From positions 1 through 64,000 of the forward strand of contig CALSCO010001030.1 in the NCBI GenBank assembly GCA_943704415.1: a DNA stretch of 64,000 bases, written 5' to 3'. The notes beneath the pieces were generated by a model that was not told the DNA's origin, did not search any database, and saw nothing but the letters and a program-made list of their open reading frames with translations. How positions within the stretch are numbered: the first letter of the stretch is position 1; every line of letters starts with the position of its first letter. A program made the translations under genes and the position numbers. This DNA comes from Parvularia atlantis. Lineage: Eukaryota. This document shows, one piece after another, positions 36,689-50,427 of this stretch.

Positions 36689-39600
36689 TCAGCGCACGTC
36701 GCGAACGAAGAGCACCAGCGAGACGAGGCCGATGAGCAGCCAGCCGCCCTGTGGTGCGGCGTGCGCGGGTCAGGCGTCATCGTCGTGGGTCGCGGCGCGC
36801 ACGCGCACGCACGAGCATCGCGCTGAGCGCGTAGAGGTCGATTGTGTAGGCCCAGTTGGGCTTGAACGCAAAGAGGGTGAGCACAGAGCGGCCGGGGACG
36901 TATTCGGGCTGCGCGCGCCGTCAGTCGGTGGACGTGCCGCGCGCGCGCCTCGAGCGGTCACGCACGTCCTCGAGGCCGTACGGGTCAAAGTAGATCCAGA
37001 GGTTGTCAAACTCGTTGACCATGATCGAGTTGAGCGCAAAGCGGAACGGCGACAGGTACGTGATCCACGACACGTACGGCGACATGGCGTCTGTGCGTGG
37101 GCCGGTGAGACACGCCCGTGGCGCGCAGTACGCAGCGAGCGAGCGCACCGATGTTGACCAGCGCATTCTGGAAGAGCATGAAGAACAGCAGCGTGATGAT
37201 CGCGACGAGGTTGGCCAACGACACGTTGCGGATGACGGTTGAGATGCACAAGCAGATGAGGGCCTGGCGGTCCAAGCGCGCGGCCGGGTGAGCACGCGCG
37301 CGCTCGGGCGGCAGGGTCCGCACCGTGACCGAGTTGAACAGGATGAGCACGAGCAGGAAGTGGCCCATCAGCGCCACGTCGCTCTGCAGGCCCGTCATGA
37401 AGTAGACGATCAGGCCGAGCACGCACGCCGGGATGATGCGCAGCGGGACCAGGTCAAACAGGACCTGCCGCACACACTGTCAGCCGCATGCACCGCCCGT
37501 CGCTTCATCCGCCCGCGCGCGCGCGCGCCTTCACGGCGTAGTACGCCGACGGGCGGTAGTAGCCCGACGCACGCTCCTGTGTGAACTGATCGCGCTCGCG
37601 GTTCATAAACTGCGCACACACGCGCACGTGCGGGATGAGCTCGTGCAGCGAGGGACGTGTCGCACGCGGTGCGCGCGTACCCCGATGCTGCTCATGCTGC
37701 CAAAGGCGAGCACGATCAGGATGAACAGCAGCATGCCGATGCGGTTCTGCGTCCCTGCAAAGTCCAGCGTGAGGTTGAAGAAGATGAGCCCGATGAGCAC
37801 TGCAACAGGGTGCACGGGCGTGAGCATCGCGGCACGGCACCGGCCGCAACGCGGCCAACGCACCGCCGCTGATGACGGCAAACAGCAGGTGCATCTGCAG
37901 CAGCAGCGGGTAGCGGTACATGTCGGCGAACGAGCGGCCTAGCGGCGGCGCGCGGCTTGAGCGTGTGGGCGCGCACAAGCAGGCACGCGCGGGCGACGCA
38001 CCCGACAGCACGACCACCTGCGTGAACCACGACGTCGCGTACGTGTCCTTGTACCCGTCGGCGAGCACGGGGCGGTTGCCGAGCAGCGGCTCGGAATCCC
38101 TGCCGGCGGCACGTGAGCAGGCTGGCGCGCGGGAGGGCCGCTCGCTTGTGCACGCACGTCGTGCTCGTCTCGGGCGCCTGCTCGTGCTGCGCAACGCTCT
38201 CGTGCTCCGGCGCGCTCAGGCTCCCATATGCCGGTGGCACCGTCGACCGGTTGACGGAGCCGTACTTTGTGCTGGCCACGACCGAGAACGTGTTTGAGTG
38301 CACGCTGTCGGCAGCGGTCAGGCACTGCAGCACGCGCCACACACAGCCGTCACGCACCTCCGCACACCGCTCGAGTACAGCTTGCTCTCGCGCAAGTACT
38401 TCTGGTACGCGGGCGACTCGACAAAGCGCTGGTGCAGCATGAGCAGCTTGTCCTGCTCCGACACGGTCACGTCGACTGTCGCGCGTCGTGCGTGCGCACG
38501 TCAGCCACGCCACCCGCGTGAGACTGCCGCGCACGCACGGATGAAGTCGGCCGGGTTGAAGTCGTCCGGACACCGGTAGCCGAGCTGCTCAAAGTACTCC
38601 TTCGCGCTGCTCGTCTCGCCGTGGTATATCTGGCGACATGTGCCGCGGGTGCGCCGCATGAGCCGCGCTGCGGACGTGAGCGCGAGCCTGAGTCCGAGCG
38701 CACCGTGTAGCCATTGCCGAGCACGAGCAGGCGGTCGAACGAGAAAAAGATGTCGGAGCGCGGCTGGTGGATCGACATGATGATCGTGCGCTGCTTCTTG
38801 GCCGCGTACGACTTGAGGAAGCGGCAGACCGTGAGTGCGTTGAACGCATCGAGGCCCGAGGTCGGCTGCGGGGCGGTGTCAGCGCGCGCGTGCCGCCAGA
38901 GCGACGTGCGCGCACTTCGTCCAGGAACACGATCGACGGGCCGGTCACGAGCTGGCACGCGATCTGCACGCGGCGCTTCTCGCCGCCCGAGATGCCGCGG
39001 TTGCCTACGCCCACGGTGAGCGCGCAGGCGCAGCACGGTGAACGCCTCACTTGCGCACCAGTCTCGCCGTAGCGGCGGTCGAGGATGTGCTCGATGCCGA
39101 GCTCGAACGCGAGCGACTGGATCCGCTTCTTCTTCTCGTCGGTCTTGACGATCTGCGAGCACAGCAGCGTCAGCGGCGCGCGTGAGCGTGTCTTGTGCGT
39201 GCACACCTCGGGCAGGCGCAGCTGGGCCGCGGCCATGAGCATCTCGCGCACGCTGAGCGTGCCGAGCGCGGCGGGCTCCTGGTCGACGTAGGAGGTGATG
39301 CGGATGAACGAGCTGTCGATGGGCGAGCTGTTGATGGTGACCGTGCCGGTAACGGTGCCGCGCTTGACGCGCTGGGCGAGGATGTCGAGCAGGGTCGTCT
39401 TGCCCGCGCCCGACGCGCCAATGATCGCGAGCACCTGGCCGGGCATGGCGAGGCCGTCAACGCTGTTGACGAGGATCTTGCCGTCTGCGCGCAGGCGCGT
39501 CAGTGCGAGGTGCACACGCGTGCACCCAGGTCGCACCGAGCGTGTAGCTGATGTTCTCAAACAGCAGTGTGTCGTTCGAGAACTGCAGCCCGTTGTCGGC

Positions 39601-41049
39601 CAGCTCGAGGAACTGGATGTCCTTGCCGTCGAGGCCCTTGAACGAGAAGTACTTCTGCTGGTGCCGGCGGTAGATGTACATGCTCAAGAGAAGCGTGCCG
39701 ATGAGCACGACCGAGGCCAGCGCGGCAAAGATAATGCCGCGATAGTTGACCACTTGCTGCAGCACGCGAGAGGCGCCATCAGACGCGCGCACGCGACGCA
39801 CAGCCGGCCGCGCACCTCCACGATCGGCCGCGGCTCGCTCAGGCACTCGCCCGAAATGCACTTCATGCGCAGCGTGTCCGTGATCGACTCGAAGCCGACC
39901 TGCAGGCGAGTGTGAGCCGGCCGAGCTGCGCAGCGGCAACGGCGCACGCGCACCGAGTACAGCTCGCACTCCATCTCGCCGTCGCTGCGCACGCTCGAGC
40001 AGCCAAACTCCGTCAGGCCGACGAGCCCTGCCCGGCCGCGCCTGCAGTGAGCCCGACCGCGCCAGCCTCGTGTCGCGGCGCGCGCACCCTCCTCGACAAA
40101 CTTGATCCAGCGCTGGTCCCAGTACAGATGGCCCGTGAAGTAGCACTTGGTGTCGGCGCACGAGTACATGTAGTAGGCCTCGTCGCCTGCGCCCGCGGGC
40201 TTCAGCACCCGCGCTGATCACCGTGCATTGAGGGGCGCGCGCACCGATCGCCGAGCAGTTGGACACGTCGCAGTAGAAAATCTCGCGCAGCTCGTAGCGC
40301 ACCGGGTTCGTGTTGGCCAGCTCGACGTTGTTCCACAGCTGGAAGTGCCCGACGGCCTGCGAGATGTTCAGGTCCTTGCGGTATATCTCGGCGCGGATGG
40401 ACGTGTTCAGGTAGGCCAGCTCGTCACTCAATTCTGTCGAGCGCGCGCGAACGCGCGTGAGTGTCTCGGCGCGCTGGCACGGGGCAAGGCGCGCGCGCAC
40501 CATGCATGTAGCAGTCAAAGACCTTGTAGTTGACGACGACGGGCGTGATGTCGCACAGCGGGTCCTCGGTCTCGGGCGGGTAGAGCGGCCGGCACGAGTC
40601 GACGGAGCGGCACACTGTGCGCGCCGCTCGCTCGTCAGCACGCGCCGCGTTTGTGGCGGCGGCCCCCTCCGCGCACGGTCGCAGTTGCGGCCGGCCCACT
40701 GCGGCGGGCACCAGCACGCGTGGATCAGGCCCGAGCGGTCCGTCTCGTTGGCGTTCATCATGTAGCCGCCGTTGAGGCAGGCGAGACAGTCGCACGTCTC
40801 GGCCGTGACCCAGCCGCACGTCGTCGAATCGTAGCCGTTCGTGCACACGCACGTGCCTGCGCGGCGCGTCCGTGAGCACGCGCCGCGCGCGCCTTGGCGA
40901 GGCGCACCGTTCTGGCACTGGCCGCCGTGCTGACACGGCTCGGTCGCCTGGTCCGACAGCGGCGAGCAGTCCTGCGCCGCGGCCGGGCCGAGCATCGCGG
41001 CCGGCACGAGCACCAGCAGCAGCAGCACGAGCGGCAGCGACCGCCGCAT
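36689..41049 (-). CDS. ABCG half-transporter with signal peptide and N-terminal EGF-like extracellular domain (ADP1-like)
   Basis: Signal peptide; CQHGGQC and CLNGG...CWCPPQWAGRNC; Walker A GASGAGKTTLLD; signature RGISGGEKRRV; FLDE/PTSGLD; SIHQPRSDIF; ABC2 membrane part QNRIG, ERASGYY. Confidence 0.92.
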
Positions 41050-41128
41050 GGTGTGTCTGCCAGCGTGCGCACCGTCAATAAATACCACGGCCGAGCCCGC
41101 CTCAGCGCGTGGCGCCGTCTCTCTCTGT

Positions 41129-41131
<3 letters not shown>

Positions 41132-41162
<31 letters not shown>
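41132..41162. repeat. (TG)n microsatellite in the ABCG/DBP5 divergent spacer
   Basis: Read directly; preceded by a short CT-rich run. Confidence 0.95.
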
Positions 41163-41165
<3 letters not shown>

Positions 41166-41293
41166 GCGCCCGCCCGCTCCGCACCCACGGCCACGCGGCC
41201 ACGCGGCGCGACTAGCTGCGTGTGCAGACAGCAAACAGCCCCTGTCGCGCGAAGCAGGAACCGCTGACCCATTGTGGGCGAATTTCGACTAGC

Positions 41294-43750
41294 ATGGGCG
41301 ACGACAGCAACGCGTGTCCTGTCTGCGGCGAGCAGCTCGGCAGCGCGGCGGGGCTCAAGCTCCACCTGCGCCGCGTGCGTCTTGCCGCGCGGGTCGCAGC
41401 GCCTGCGGCGTGCGCGCTGAACCGTGCGGCGCAGCAACACCCGGACGCCGCCGCGACGCCGCCCAAGGCCGCGCCAGTGGCGCCAACCTCGCCGCCCGCG
41501 CCTGCGCCTGCGCCCGCACCGGCACCGGCACCGGCACCGGCACCGGCACCGGCTCCGGCACGCGCGCCGGCGAGCGCGACCGCGACGACCGAGCGCGTGA
41601 CGGCGCAGCTGCAGGACATGCGCACGGACGACGCGGACGGTGCGCGTTGCGGGCCTGTGGCGTCAAGGCTGACAGGCGCACACTCACGGCACAGAGCAGA
41701 CCAAGAACAAGCTCATGGACAGCCTGGTCGAGTCGCTCACGCAGGTCGAGGTCAAGTTGGCCGACATCCAGGCCGACGTCAACTCGCCGCTGTACTCAAC
41801 GTCCAAGTTCGAGGAGCTGCCGGGCATGTGCGGGACGCGCTGGCGCCACCCCCCACCCAACCCACACGCGCGCGCACAGCACGCCCGAGCTGCTCAAGGG
41901 CTTGTACGCGATGAACTTCAACCGCCCGTCCAAGATCCAGGAGAAGGCCCTGCCGCTGCTGACGCGCCCAGACAACTCGCTCACGTGCGGTGCACTTCTC
42001 GCGCGCGCGCTCGCGGACTGCTGACTGCGCCGACCGAACGCAGCCCGGCACGGCCACGTGACCTCATCGCGCAGTCGCAGTCGGGTACGGGCAAGACGGC
42101 CGCATTCACGCTGGCCATGCTCAGCCGGATCTCGCCCGAACACTCGGTCGTGCAGGTGCGCGCTCACTGCCAGCAAGCGCGGGCCAGGGACGCTGACCAC
42201 GCCGGCGCCGGCGGCAGGCCATCTGCGTCGCACCGTCGCGCGAGCTCGCGCGCCAGATTGGCGAAGTGATCACGCGCATGGCCCAATTCACCAAGATCCG
42301 CGTGTGCTACGCCATCCGCGAGGAGATGCCCGGTGCGTGCGCCGTGTCTGCGCGTGGGCGATGTGTCTTGACGCGGCATGCAGGCGAGTCGCGCGCGCCG
42401 ATCACCGACCACATCGTCGTCGGCACGCCCGGGACCATCCTCAAGTATATGAACGGGCGGCGCTTCGAGCGCAGCTACGTGCGCATGATCGTCATCGACG
42501 AGGTGTGCGCTCGCCGCCCCGCACGCAGCGCTCCTGACCGCGCGCACACGACGCCAGGCCGAGCTCATCCTCGACAACCGCGACATGGTCGACCAGGTGA
42601 TGAAGATTGTCAAGTGCGTCTGCGCGCGGCACGAAGCGCCGACGCAGCTCACGCCGCCGACGCACCAGGGCCCTGCCGGAGCAGACGCAGAAGGCCATGT
42701 TCTCGGCCACGTACAAGGAGGAGGTGCGGCGCATGGCCCAGGCGGCGCTGCGGGACCCCAACATCCTCACGCTCAAAGTGCGAAGCGGCGGCCACGCGCG
42801 CGCTCGTCGCGGGCTCTCACAGACACTCTCGTGCGCGTGCGCTGCAGAAAGAGGAGCTGACGGTCGACGGCATCCGCCAATTCTACATCAACGTGCCCGT
42901 CGCTGCCGCGCGCGAGACCGAGGTGTGGAACGCCAAGGCTGACATGGTCCGCAAGCTCTTCGGCCTGCTTACGGTCGGGAGCTCGGTCATCTTCTGCAAC
43001 GTGCGCGGTTGTCCGTGTGTGCGGTGCGGCGCGCTGCGAGCCTGATGCCGCGTGCGCCGCGCTCAGAAACGCGCCGCCGCCGAGTATCTCACGAGCGCGC
43101 TTAAGAGCGACTCGCACACGGTTTCGATGCTCACGGGCGAGATGCTGCCGACGCAGCGCGACCAGGTGCGCTGCCGCGCGCGTGTGCACACGTGCCGCTG
43201 CTGACTGCGGCCATCGGGAGGACAGGTCATGGAGGAGTTCCGACGCGGGACGACCAAGGTGCTCGTGTCGACCAACGTGCTTGCGCGCGGGATCGATGTG
43301 CTGCAGGTGCGCGGGCCGCGTCGCCGGCCCCGCGCCCGTGACACGCCGCCCGGCCCCGTCCCGCCACGGCAGATCTCGCTGGTGATCAACTTTGACCTAC
43401 CGATCGACTTCGACAAGTCGACGCAGACGCGCCGCCCCTGCCCGGACTTTGAGACGTACCTGCACCGCATCGGCCGGACGGGGCGGTTCGGTGCGGGCGT
43501 GCCCGCGCCGCGCAGCCACGGGCCGGAAGGCTGATGCTGCGCGCCAGGCCGCATCGGCAGCGCGATCAACTTCGTGCACGACCGCGAGAGCGAGCAGCTC
43601 CTGCGCGAGATCGAGGGCTACTTCCGCAAGCCGATCGAGCAGCTGCCGTCGGTGCGTCAGCGCGTGCTACGCCCGCGTGCATCGCTGACCGCGCCGTTCG
43701 CGCAGAACGACCGCGACCTCGAGAAGCTGCTGCAGAAGCTCGAGCAGTGA
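41294..43750 (+). CDS. DBP5: DEAD-box RNA helicase DBP5/DDX19 with an N-terminal C2H2 finger and (PA)n linker
   Basis: [88 protein letters not shown]. Confidence 0.94.
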
Positions 43751-43810
43751 GCGGGGCGTGCGCCGTGAACAGTCACGGCGGAGGCTAGCGCGTTTACTAC
43801 ATGGGCAGGG

Positions 43811-45164
43811 CTACAAAAAGTACTCGGGCACCTCCTGCGCACGCACAACGCGAGCGTGAGGACGTGGCGCCGAGGACGCACGGCATGAGCGCACCTTGTT
43901 GACGTCGACGACGGTGTCGTCCGCCAGCACCGAGCGCGACGACTCCTGGAACATGTTGAAGTGCCTCTCGAGCGTCTCGCTGATCTGCGTGCGCGCGCGC
44001 ATGTGTGAGGTCGGCGTCGTGGTCGGCCGGCGCCGGCGCACCTCGAGGATCGACGCCTTGTTGCCGCAGCGGTAGCAGTAGTTGGGCGCGCTCCACACGG
44101 TCGAGAGCTTGTCGTCAAAGAGCACCTGGTAGCCCTCCTCGCACAGCTGGTGCGCGCGCAGCACGTGTGTCATGCCGTTGGTCTGCAGGAACTTGTTGAC
44201 GACGGTGCGCCCAAACGTGAACCCGGCGCCGCGCGGCGACACGGTGTAGTCCTCCTTCTCGGCGTCGGGGTCGGACCACATGAGGTCGGCCAGCGGCCCG
44301 TCGTGCGGGATCTCTGCGCACGCACGGGTGCGGGCGCGCGTCAGGCCGGGCAGTGCACGCGCGCGGCACGCCACGCACCCTGGAAGCGGTCGATGACGCG
44401 GATCTGGTCGAGCGTCTGCAGTGCGGGCGACAGGCCTGCAGCGCGGTCGATCAGCCGCCGCGACGCGCCGGCAGGCCCGCCGCACCGCCGTGAACGCAGA
44501 AGATGCTGTTGTCGATCACGACCGAGATCGTGAGGAAGTCGAACATGTCGGTGAAGTACTTCCACACGCTCGCGTTGCCGTACTTGCGCATGCACTCGGT
44601 GTAGAAGCCGTAAATCTGCGCGCGGATGCGGCGGCGGCGGCGGCGGCGGTCGGCAACAAGGGCGACGGATGACCGCGGCGCCAGCGCCACACCTGCGATA
44701 TCTCGCGCGTCTCGTGGTTGCCGCGCAGCAGCGTCACGCGCGTCGGGTACCGCAGCTTGAGGCACGTCAGCAGCGAGATCGTCTCAACGCCGTGGTGGCC
44801 CCGGTCGACAAAGTCGCCCAGGAAGAGGTAGTTGGTGTCGGGCACGAAGCCGCCGACCTTGAACAGCTCGAGCACGTCGTAGAACTGGCCGTGCACCTGC
44901 ACGCCGCGCGCGTGTGCGTTGGCCTGGCTGCAGGGCGTGGCGGCTGCGGCAAACGCACGTCGCCCACAACCGTCACAGGCGCTGGGATGTGGTGCACGTT
45001 GCTCTCGTTCAGCAGCACGTCCTTCAGCCGCTCGCACAGGTCGTGCACGAGCTCCTCGCCCTGCCGCCGACCCCCCCTCCCCGCGTCACGCGCCTCGACG
45101 CCCCCGTGCGCCGTGCGCCGCGCACAAGCAGCTCGAGGCACTCGTCCAGGTCGATTGCCGGCAT
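43811..45164 (-). CDS. PPG1: PP2A-related Ser/Thr phosphatase catalytic subunit, PPG1-like
   Basis: [69 protein letters not shown]-terminus EYFL*. The family is certain; the PPG1 subfamily call is from recalled signature residues. Confidence 0.85.
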
Positions 45165-45210
45165 GGCCGCGCTCGAGTGTTCAACGTGTTAATTAGTGCA
45201 GCCGCTGCAC

Positions 45211-48200
45211 ATGATCGAGCTTGACGACAGCGGGGGCGCGATCGCGCCGGGGCGGGCCGCGGGGCGGCCGGGCGGCCGCGTGCCGTCGTCCGACATCAGC
45301 GAGCTGTCGCTCGAGGTGCTGGGTGCGTGAGCAGGCGCCGGCGCACCGCGCGCGCCCCCGAAGCGGGTGTGAAGCGCCGCGCGTTCACCGCGACACACAC
45401 GCGGGGTGGGTCGGTGACAAGGCACCAGCGAGACGATCGACACGCGCCGGTGGCGCTGGCTCAATTGGGGTGTGACGGCGCTCGTGCTGCTCGCCGTCGC
45501 GGCCTCGTTCCTGTACTACGTCTCGCGCCGTGCGACGCCGCCCGCCCGCGCCGCGCGCCGCTCACGCCACCCGCCCGCACTAGCGACCGCCGGCGACGCC
45601 GCGCCCCTGCCCTGGAGCGAGACGCGCCTGCCGACGACGGCCGCGCCCGCGCACTACTGGCTGTTCCTGCGCACGGATCTCGCCACGGGCACCTACAACG
45701 GCGCCGTGACCATCGCCGTCAACGTGCGCGCGCGAGAGAGTGCACGCGTGACCAGCGCGTCGCCTGACGTTGGCGCGCTGGCGCAGGTCGCGAGCGCCGC
45801 GCCGTGGCTCGTGCTGCATGCGGTCGACCTCGACATCGGCGCGGTCATGCTCACGCGGCAGGACGGCGGCGAGCGCGCGCCGAAGCGGTGCACCACGCGT
45901 GCTCGCGCGTGTGCCGCATCGCGCTCATGTTGCGCGGCCCGCCAGCGTCCTGGTCAACGCGACGACCGAGCAGCTGCTGCTCGACTTTACCGACGCGCCG
46001 CTGGCACCCGGCCTGGTGTGTACACGCGCGGTCGCGAGCGGTCGAGCGCGACGCAGCGGGCTCACGCGGCGCGCGCGTCTAGTACAACCTCACCATTGCC
46101 TTTGGCGCCGCGCTGCGCTCCGACCTGAGCGGGTACTACACGAGCGTGTTCAACGGTGCGTGCGCGCGTGATCGCACTTGCGCTGGTGCTGATGCACGAC
46201 CGCGCGTGGCGCGCGCAGACGACCTAGGCGGGCGGCACACGATCGCAACCACGCAATTCGAGGCGACGAGCGCGCGCCGCGCCTTCCCGTGCTTTGACGA
46301 GCCTGCGCTCAAGGCCGTCTTTAGCCTGAAGCTGGTGCGCTGCGCTGTGTGGCACTGCAGACCGCAGCTGAGCCGTGCACCAGGCCGCGCACCCGTCGCT
46401 TGAGGTGCTCAGCAACACGGCGGTCGCGCGCGTCGAGCTGAGCCCGGATGGCTTCTACGCCGTGTGTGCTCTCGCGCGGGCTGCTGCGCCGATGCTCAGC
46501 GACCGCGTGCAGAACACGACGTTTGCCGACTCGCCCGTGATGAGCACGTACCTGCTTGCGTTCATGGTGCTGGAGGACTTCAACTGCGTCGAGGGCGGGT
46601 CGGCGCGCGGTGCGTGTGCAGCGGCAGCCGCACGAGGTGGCGCCTGACAGCATGGCAGGCGTTGTCGTCTTCGCGTGTGCGCCGTCCATCTACGCGGGCT
46701 CGCTCGAGTACCCGCTGAGCGTGGGCCTCAAAGTGGTCGACTTTATCGCGAACCTGTATGGCCTGCCGTACCCGCTGCACAAGATGCACCTCGTGGCCAT
46801 CCCGGACTTTGCCGCGGGCGCGATGGTGAGGCGGCCAGCGCACCGTGCCCACCGGGGTGGCTGACGGGCGGCGTACGAAGGAAAACTTGGGGCTGATCAC
46901 GTTTGCGCCGCTGTACATGCTCGTGGACCCGCTGCGGTCGTCCGCGTCGAACGTGTACCGCGCTGCGACGACGGTGCGCGCGCTGCCGCGGTTTGCGCCG
47001 TTCCTGAGCGTGTTGGCAGGTCGCGCACGAGATCGCGCACCAGTGGCACGGCAACCTGGTGACGATGGCGTGGTGGTGCGTGCGCGGTCGCAGCGGTCGG
47101 ACGCGCGCCGCTGACGAGTGTGCTGCCACGCCAGGAACGACTTGTGGCTGAATGAGGCTTTTGCGACGTTCCACGAGTACATCTCGACCGTCGCGGCCGA
47201 GCCGGACTGGGAGCTGCAGTGGGTGCGTCTGTGCTTCTGTGCTTCCGGCGTGAGCGCGCCGCTGAGCGGCCACATGCAGGCGCAGATGTACGCGATCGAC
47301 GCAAACGACGCCATGGCGGCCGACGCGCTCGCCTCGAGCCGCCGAATTGTGCCGCCGCTCGCGTCGATCGGTGGGGTGCCTGGCGGTTCGACGCCGACGG
47401 GGCTGCTGACGTGCTCTGGGGGCGCGGCCGCAGTGTCGCCGGGCGAGATCGACGAGATGTTTGACGCGATCACATACAGCAAGGGCGGCTGCGTCCTGCG
47501 CATGCTGCAGGCCTACGCCGACTCGCTGCACACAGAGCGCCGTACGCAGCAGACGCGCCGCTGAACGCCTGTGCGACGCCTCATTACCGGCGCGCAGCCT
47601 CGTACTTTGCCGACCGGGTCAGCTTCTATCTGGAACGCCACAAGTACGCGAGCGCGACCACGGCCAACCTGGTCAGTGCACTAGACGACAGCGGACGGTC
47701 GCGCTTTCCGGTGCGGCCCGGCGCGCCAGCTTGCCGTGGACGTGCATGTGAGCCGCCGCGCGCACCCACAGACGGCCGACATGGTGGCCTCGTGGACGAG
47801 CCAGGCCGGCTTCCCGCTGCTCACGGTGACGGTCACCGCGTCAGGCATCACCGTGCGCCAGCAGCGCTACCTGTCCGACCCGGGCGGTGCGTGCGTGCAC
47901 GACGGGCGGTGGCCGGGCGAGGCACCAACTCGTGCGCCCGACAGCCGCGAGTGGCGAGGCGCAGGCGTGGATGATCCCGCTGTCGGTGACGGTGGAGGGC
48001 GCCGCGCCCGTGACGACGCTGCTGCCGGCCGTGGCCGAGAGCAGTGTGCCGCTGTCGATCCCGCCGGGGCAATGGTGCGCGACCGTTGGAAACTCGGCGG
48101 GTGCCGTCGCCTCACGCCGCTCGCCGCCAGGGTCAAGGTCAACGTCGGCCAGACGGTGCTCGCGCGCGTGCGCTACAGCGCCGCCAATCTGCTCGCGATC

Positions 48201-49605
48201 GCCGCGGCGCTGCAAAGCCGGCCGAGCCTGCTTGAACGTACGCGGCCGCCGTGTGCGCCCCTAAGTGCTGTGCAACCGAGTGACACGGCGCGCCGCAGCC
48301 ATCGACCGGGCGGGGCTGCTGGGCGACGCCGTGCAGCTAATGCGCTCGGGCCACGTCAACGTCTCTGCGGCGCTGCAGTACACGCATGTGCTGCAGGTGC
48401 GTGCACGCACAAGACCGTGCAGCCCACGCTGTTCTGACCGCCGCGCGCCGGCAGGGCGAGACGGACGCGACGGTGTGGGCCGTGGCCAAGCAGCATCTGC
48501 TCGCGGTCTCGCGGATCCTGAGCGGTGCGCGGCTCGCACAACCTCGGTGCCTCACTGACCGCGCGGAAACGCCAGGCGCGCGCGCTCCGACGTCGGGCCA
48601 GTTTGACCAGTACATCGGCCAGCAGATGGCGCCGCGCCTGGCAGGCCTCGCCTTGACGGGGCGCGGGACGTTGCTGAGCGACAGCTTGCGCGCGTCGCTG
48701 CTTGCGATGGCGATCACGCTGCGGGTCGAGGTGCGTGGAGGCGGAGCGGTGCACTGACGACGGCACAGCCTGACGCGACCTCCGCCCAGCCGACGCTCAG
48801 CGAGGCCGTGGCCATGTTCCAGACGTTCCGCGAGGTCGCGTCGCCTGCGTTGAGCACTTGCCCGTGCGTGGCTAACACGGAGGGCGTAGAGCGGTTCCTG
48901 GGCGAGCGTGTACACGCGGCTTGCACCGGACGTCGTCGCGCTGTGCACGCTCGCGGCGGTGCAGGAGGGTGGCATGGCCGAATGGACGTGGGCGGCCGAG
49001 CGGTGGCGTGCTTCGTGAGGCGTGCGCTGCCTTGCTGACAGCGAGCGTGCGCAGGCGGGCGGCGACGACCTCGGCCGACGAGCGCGAGTGGCTGCTGCTG
49101 GCCATGGCGGCGTCGCGCAACGAGGCAGTCGTGGCCGAGACACTCAACTCCGCGCTGACATGTGCGCTGGTCGCCGCGTGCGTACGTACGCCTCTCGCCT
49201 GCTGACACGCGTCGCAGCCGACCAGCTGAGGCCCCAGGACCGTCCGCGCCTTGTGGCGTCGGTGGCGCGCAACCCGTTCGGCGTCGTGCCAGCCTGGGCG
49301 CTGCTCAAGGCGCAGTGGGCCGCGCTCGACCCGGCGCAGACGGACAGCTTTGTGCTGGCCTCGGTCGTGCGCGTGATCGTGTCGTCGCTGCCCGCGATGC
49401 AGGCGTTCTACAACGACGCTAAAGTGCGCTGCCCTTCGCCGGTTGATTTCGACTGATCGTCGGGTCGCAGGCGTTCTTCGCGAGCGCCCCCGTCATCCCG
49501 GGCTCGTCGCAGGCCGTCGAGGCTGGGCTGGCGCAGCTGCAGGCCAACGCCAACTGGCTCGCGACGCACGGCAACGAGCTCGCCGCGTTCCTCTCATCTC
49601 AGTGA
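45211..49605 (+). CDS. M1-family zinc aminopeptidase, type II membrane (aminopeptidase N/ERAP-like)
   Basis: [90 protein letters not shown]. Confidence 0.94.
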
Positions 49606-49629
49606 TCCTTGTTTTGTTAGACGCGCGTG

Positions 49630-50362
49630 ATGAGCAAGCGCGACAAGGAGCTGCTGCTCGAGCTCGGGCTGTCGCTGCGGTGCGGCACGACGTGGCGCGG
49701 ACGCCCACGGCGCAGGCGCGGGCGCGTGCTGACGCATGGCCTCCAAGCGAGCGCGGCCACGTGGCGACACCACCTGAGGAGGAGGCGATGCGGACGGCGG
49801 TCGCGCGCGCCGAGTTTGCGACCTACTCGCTAATGGGCACGGTGGTGCCGCTGATGGTCGCGGCGTGGCTGGTGCCCGTGCGCGAGGTCTTCAGCTGGCA
49901 GACGCGGCCCGGGAACATCTGGCGGCCGCTGCTACGGTGCGGCGCGATGCCCGCCGTTGGCCGTGCTGAGGCGCGCATGCATCGCGAGCAGCGGCACGCG
50001 CAACTCGGTTGGCGTGATGGTTGTGGGCGTGCTGTACAGGTGCGTCGCCCGCACGCCGTGCACCGGCGGGTGACGCCGGCCGCAGCCATGTCGTCCGCAT
50101 GTACATCGACCGCTCGCTGCTACACGAGCTCGTCAGCAACGGCTCGCCCGCGATGCAGGAGACGATTGCCAGCCTGTGCGTTGCCTCTGGCCTTTCTGCT
50201 CCGACGCGCCTGACGGATGCGTGCGGCAGCGTGCAGACCAAGTACCCGCATCGCGAGGGGCTGATCAAGAAGATGCCGGCCAAGAGCGAGAAGGTCGACG
50301 TCATGACGGAAGAGTTTGTGAGCGACGCCGGCGGCGGCGATCGCGGCAGCGAGGCCAGCTAA
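49630..50362 (+). CDS. Small hypothetical membrane protein
   Basis: Spliced exons MSKRDKELLLELGLSLR, YSLMGTVVPLMVAAWLVPV, RMYIDRSLLHEL, KYPHREGLIKKM...*. Confidence 0.5.
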
Positions 50363-50427
50363 AGAGATTGCACCACGCGGCAGCGTACAGCAAAGCAGCG
50401 CACGAGCAGGCGCGAGGTGGCTGCCGA

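Noticed and set aside
41495..41560. Hexamer and other short repeats as CRISPR or transposon ends
   Set aside because: They are coding low-complexity repeats with no spacers, cas genes, transposase or terminal inverted repeats.
46820..46900. GAMENLG instead of GAMENWG in the aminopeptidase as an inactivating change
   Set aside because: GAMEN, HExxH, the distal Glu and the catalytic Tyr are all intact.
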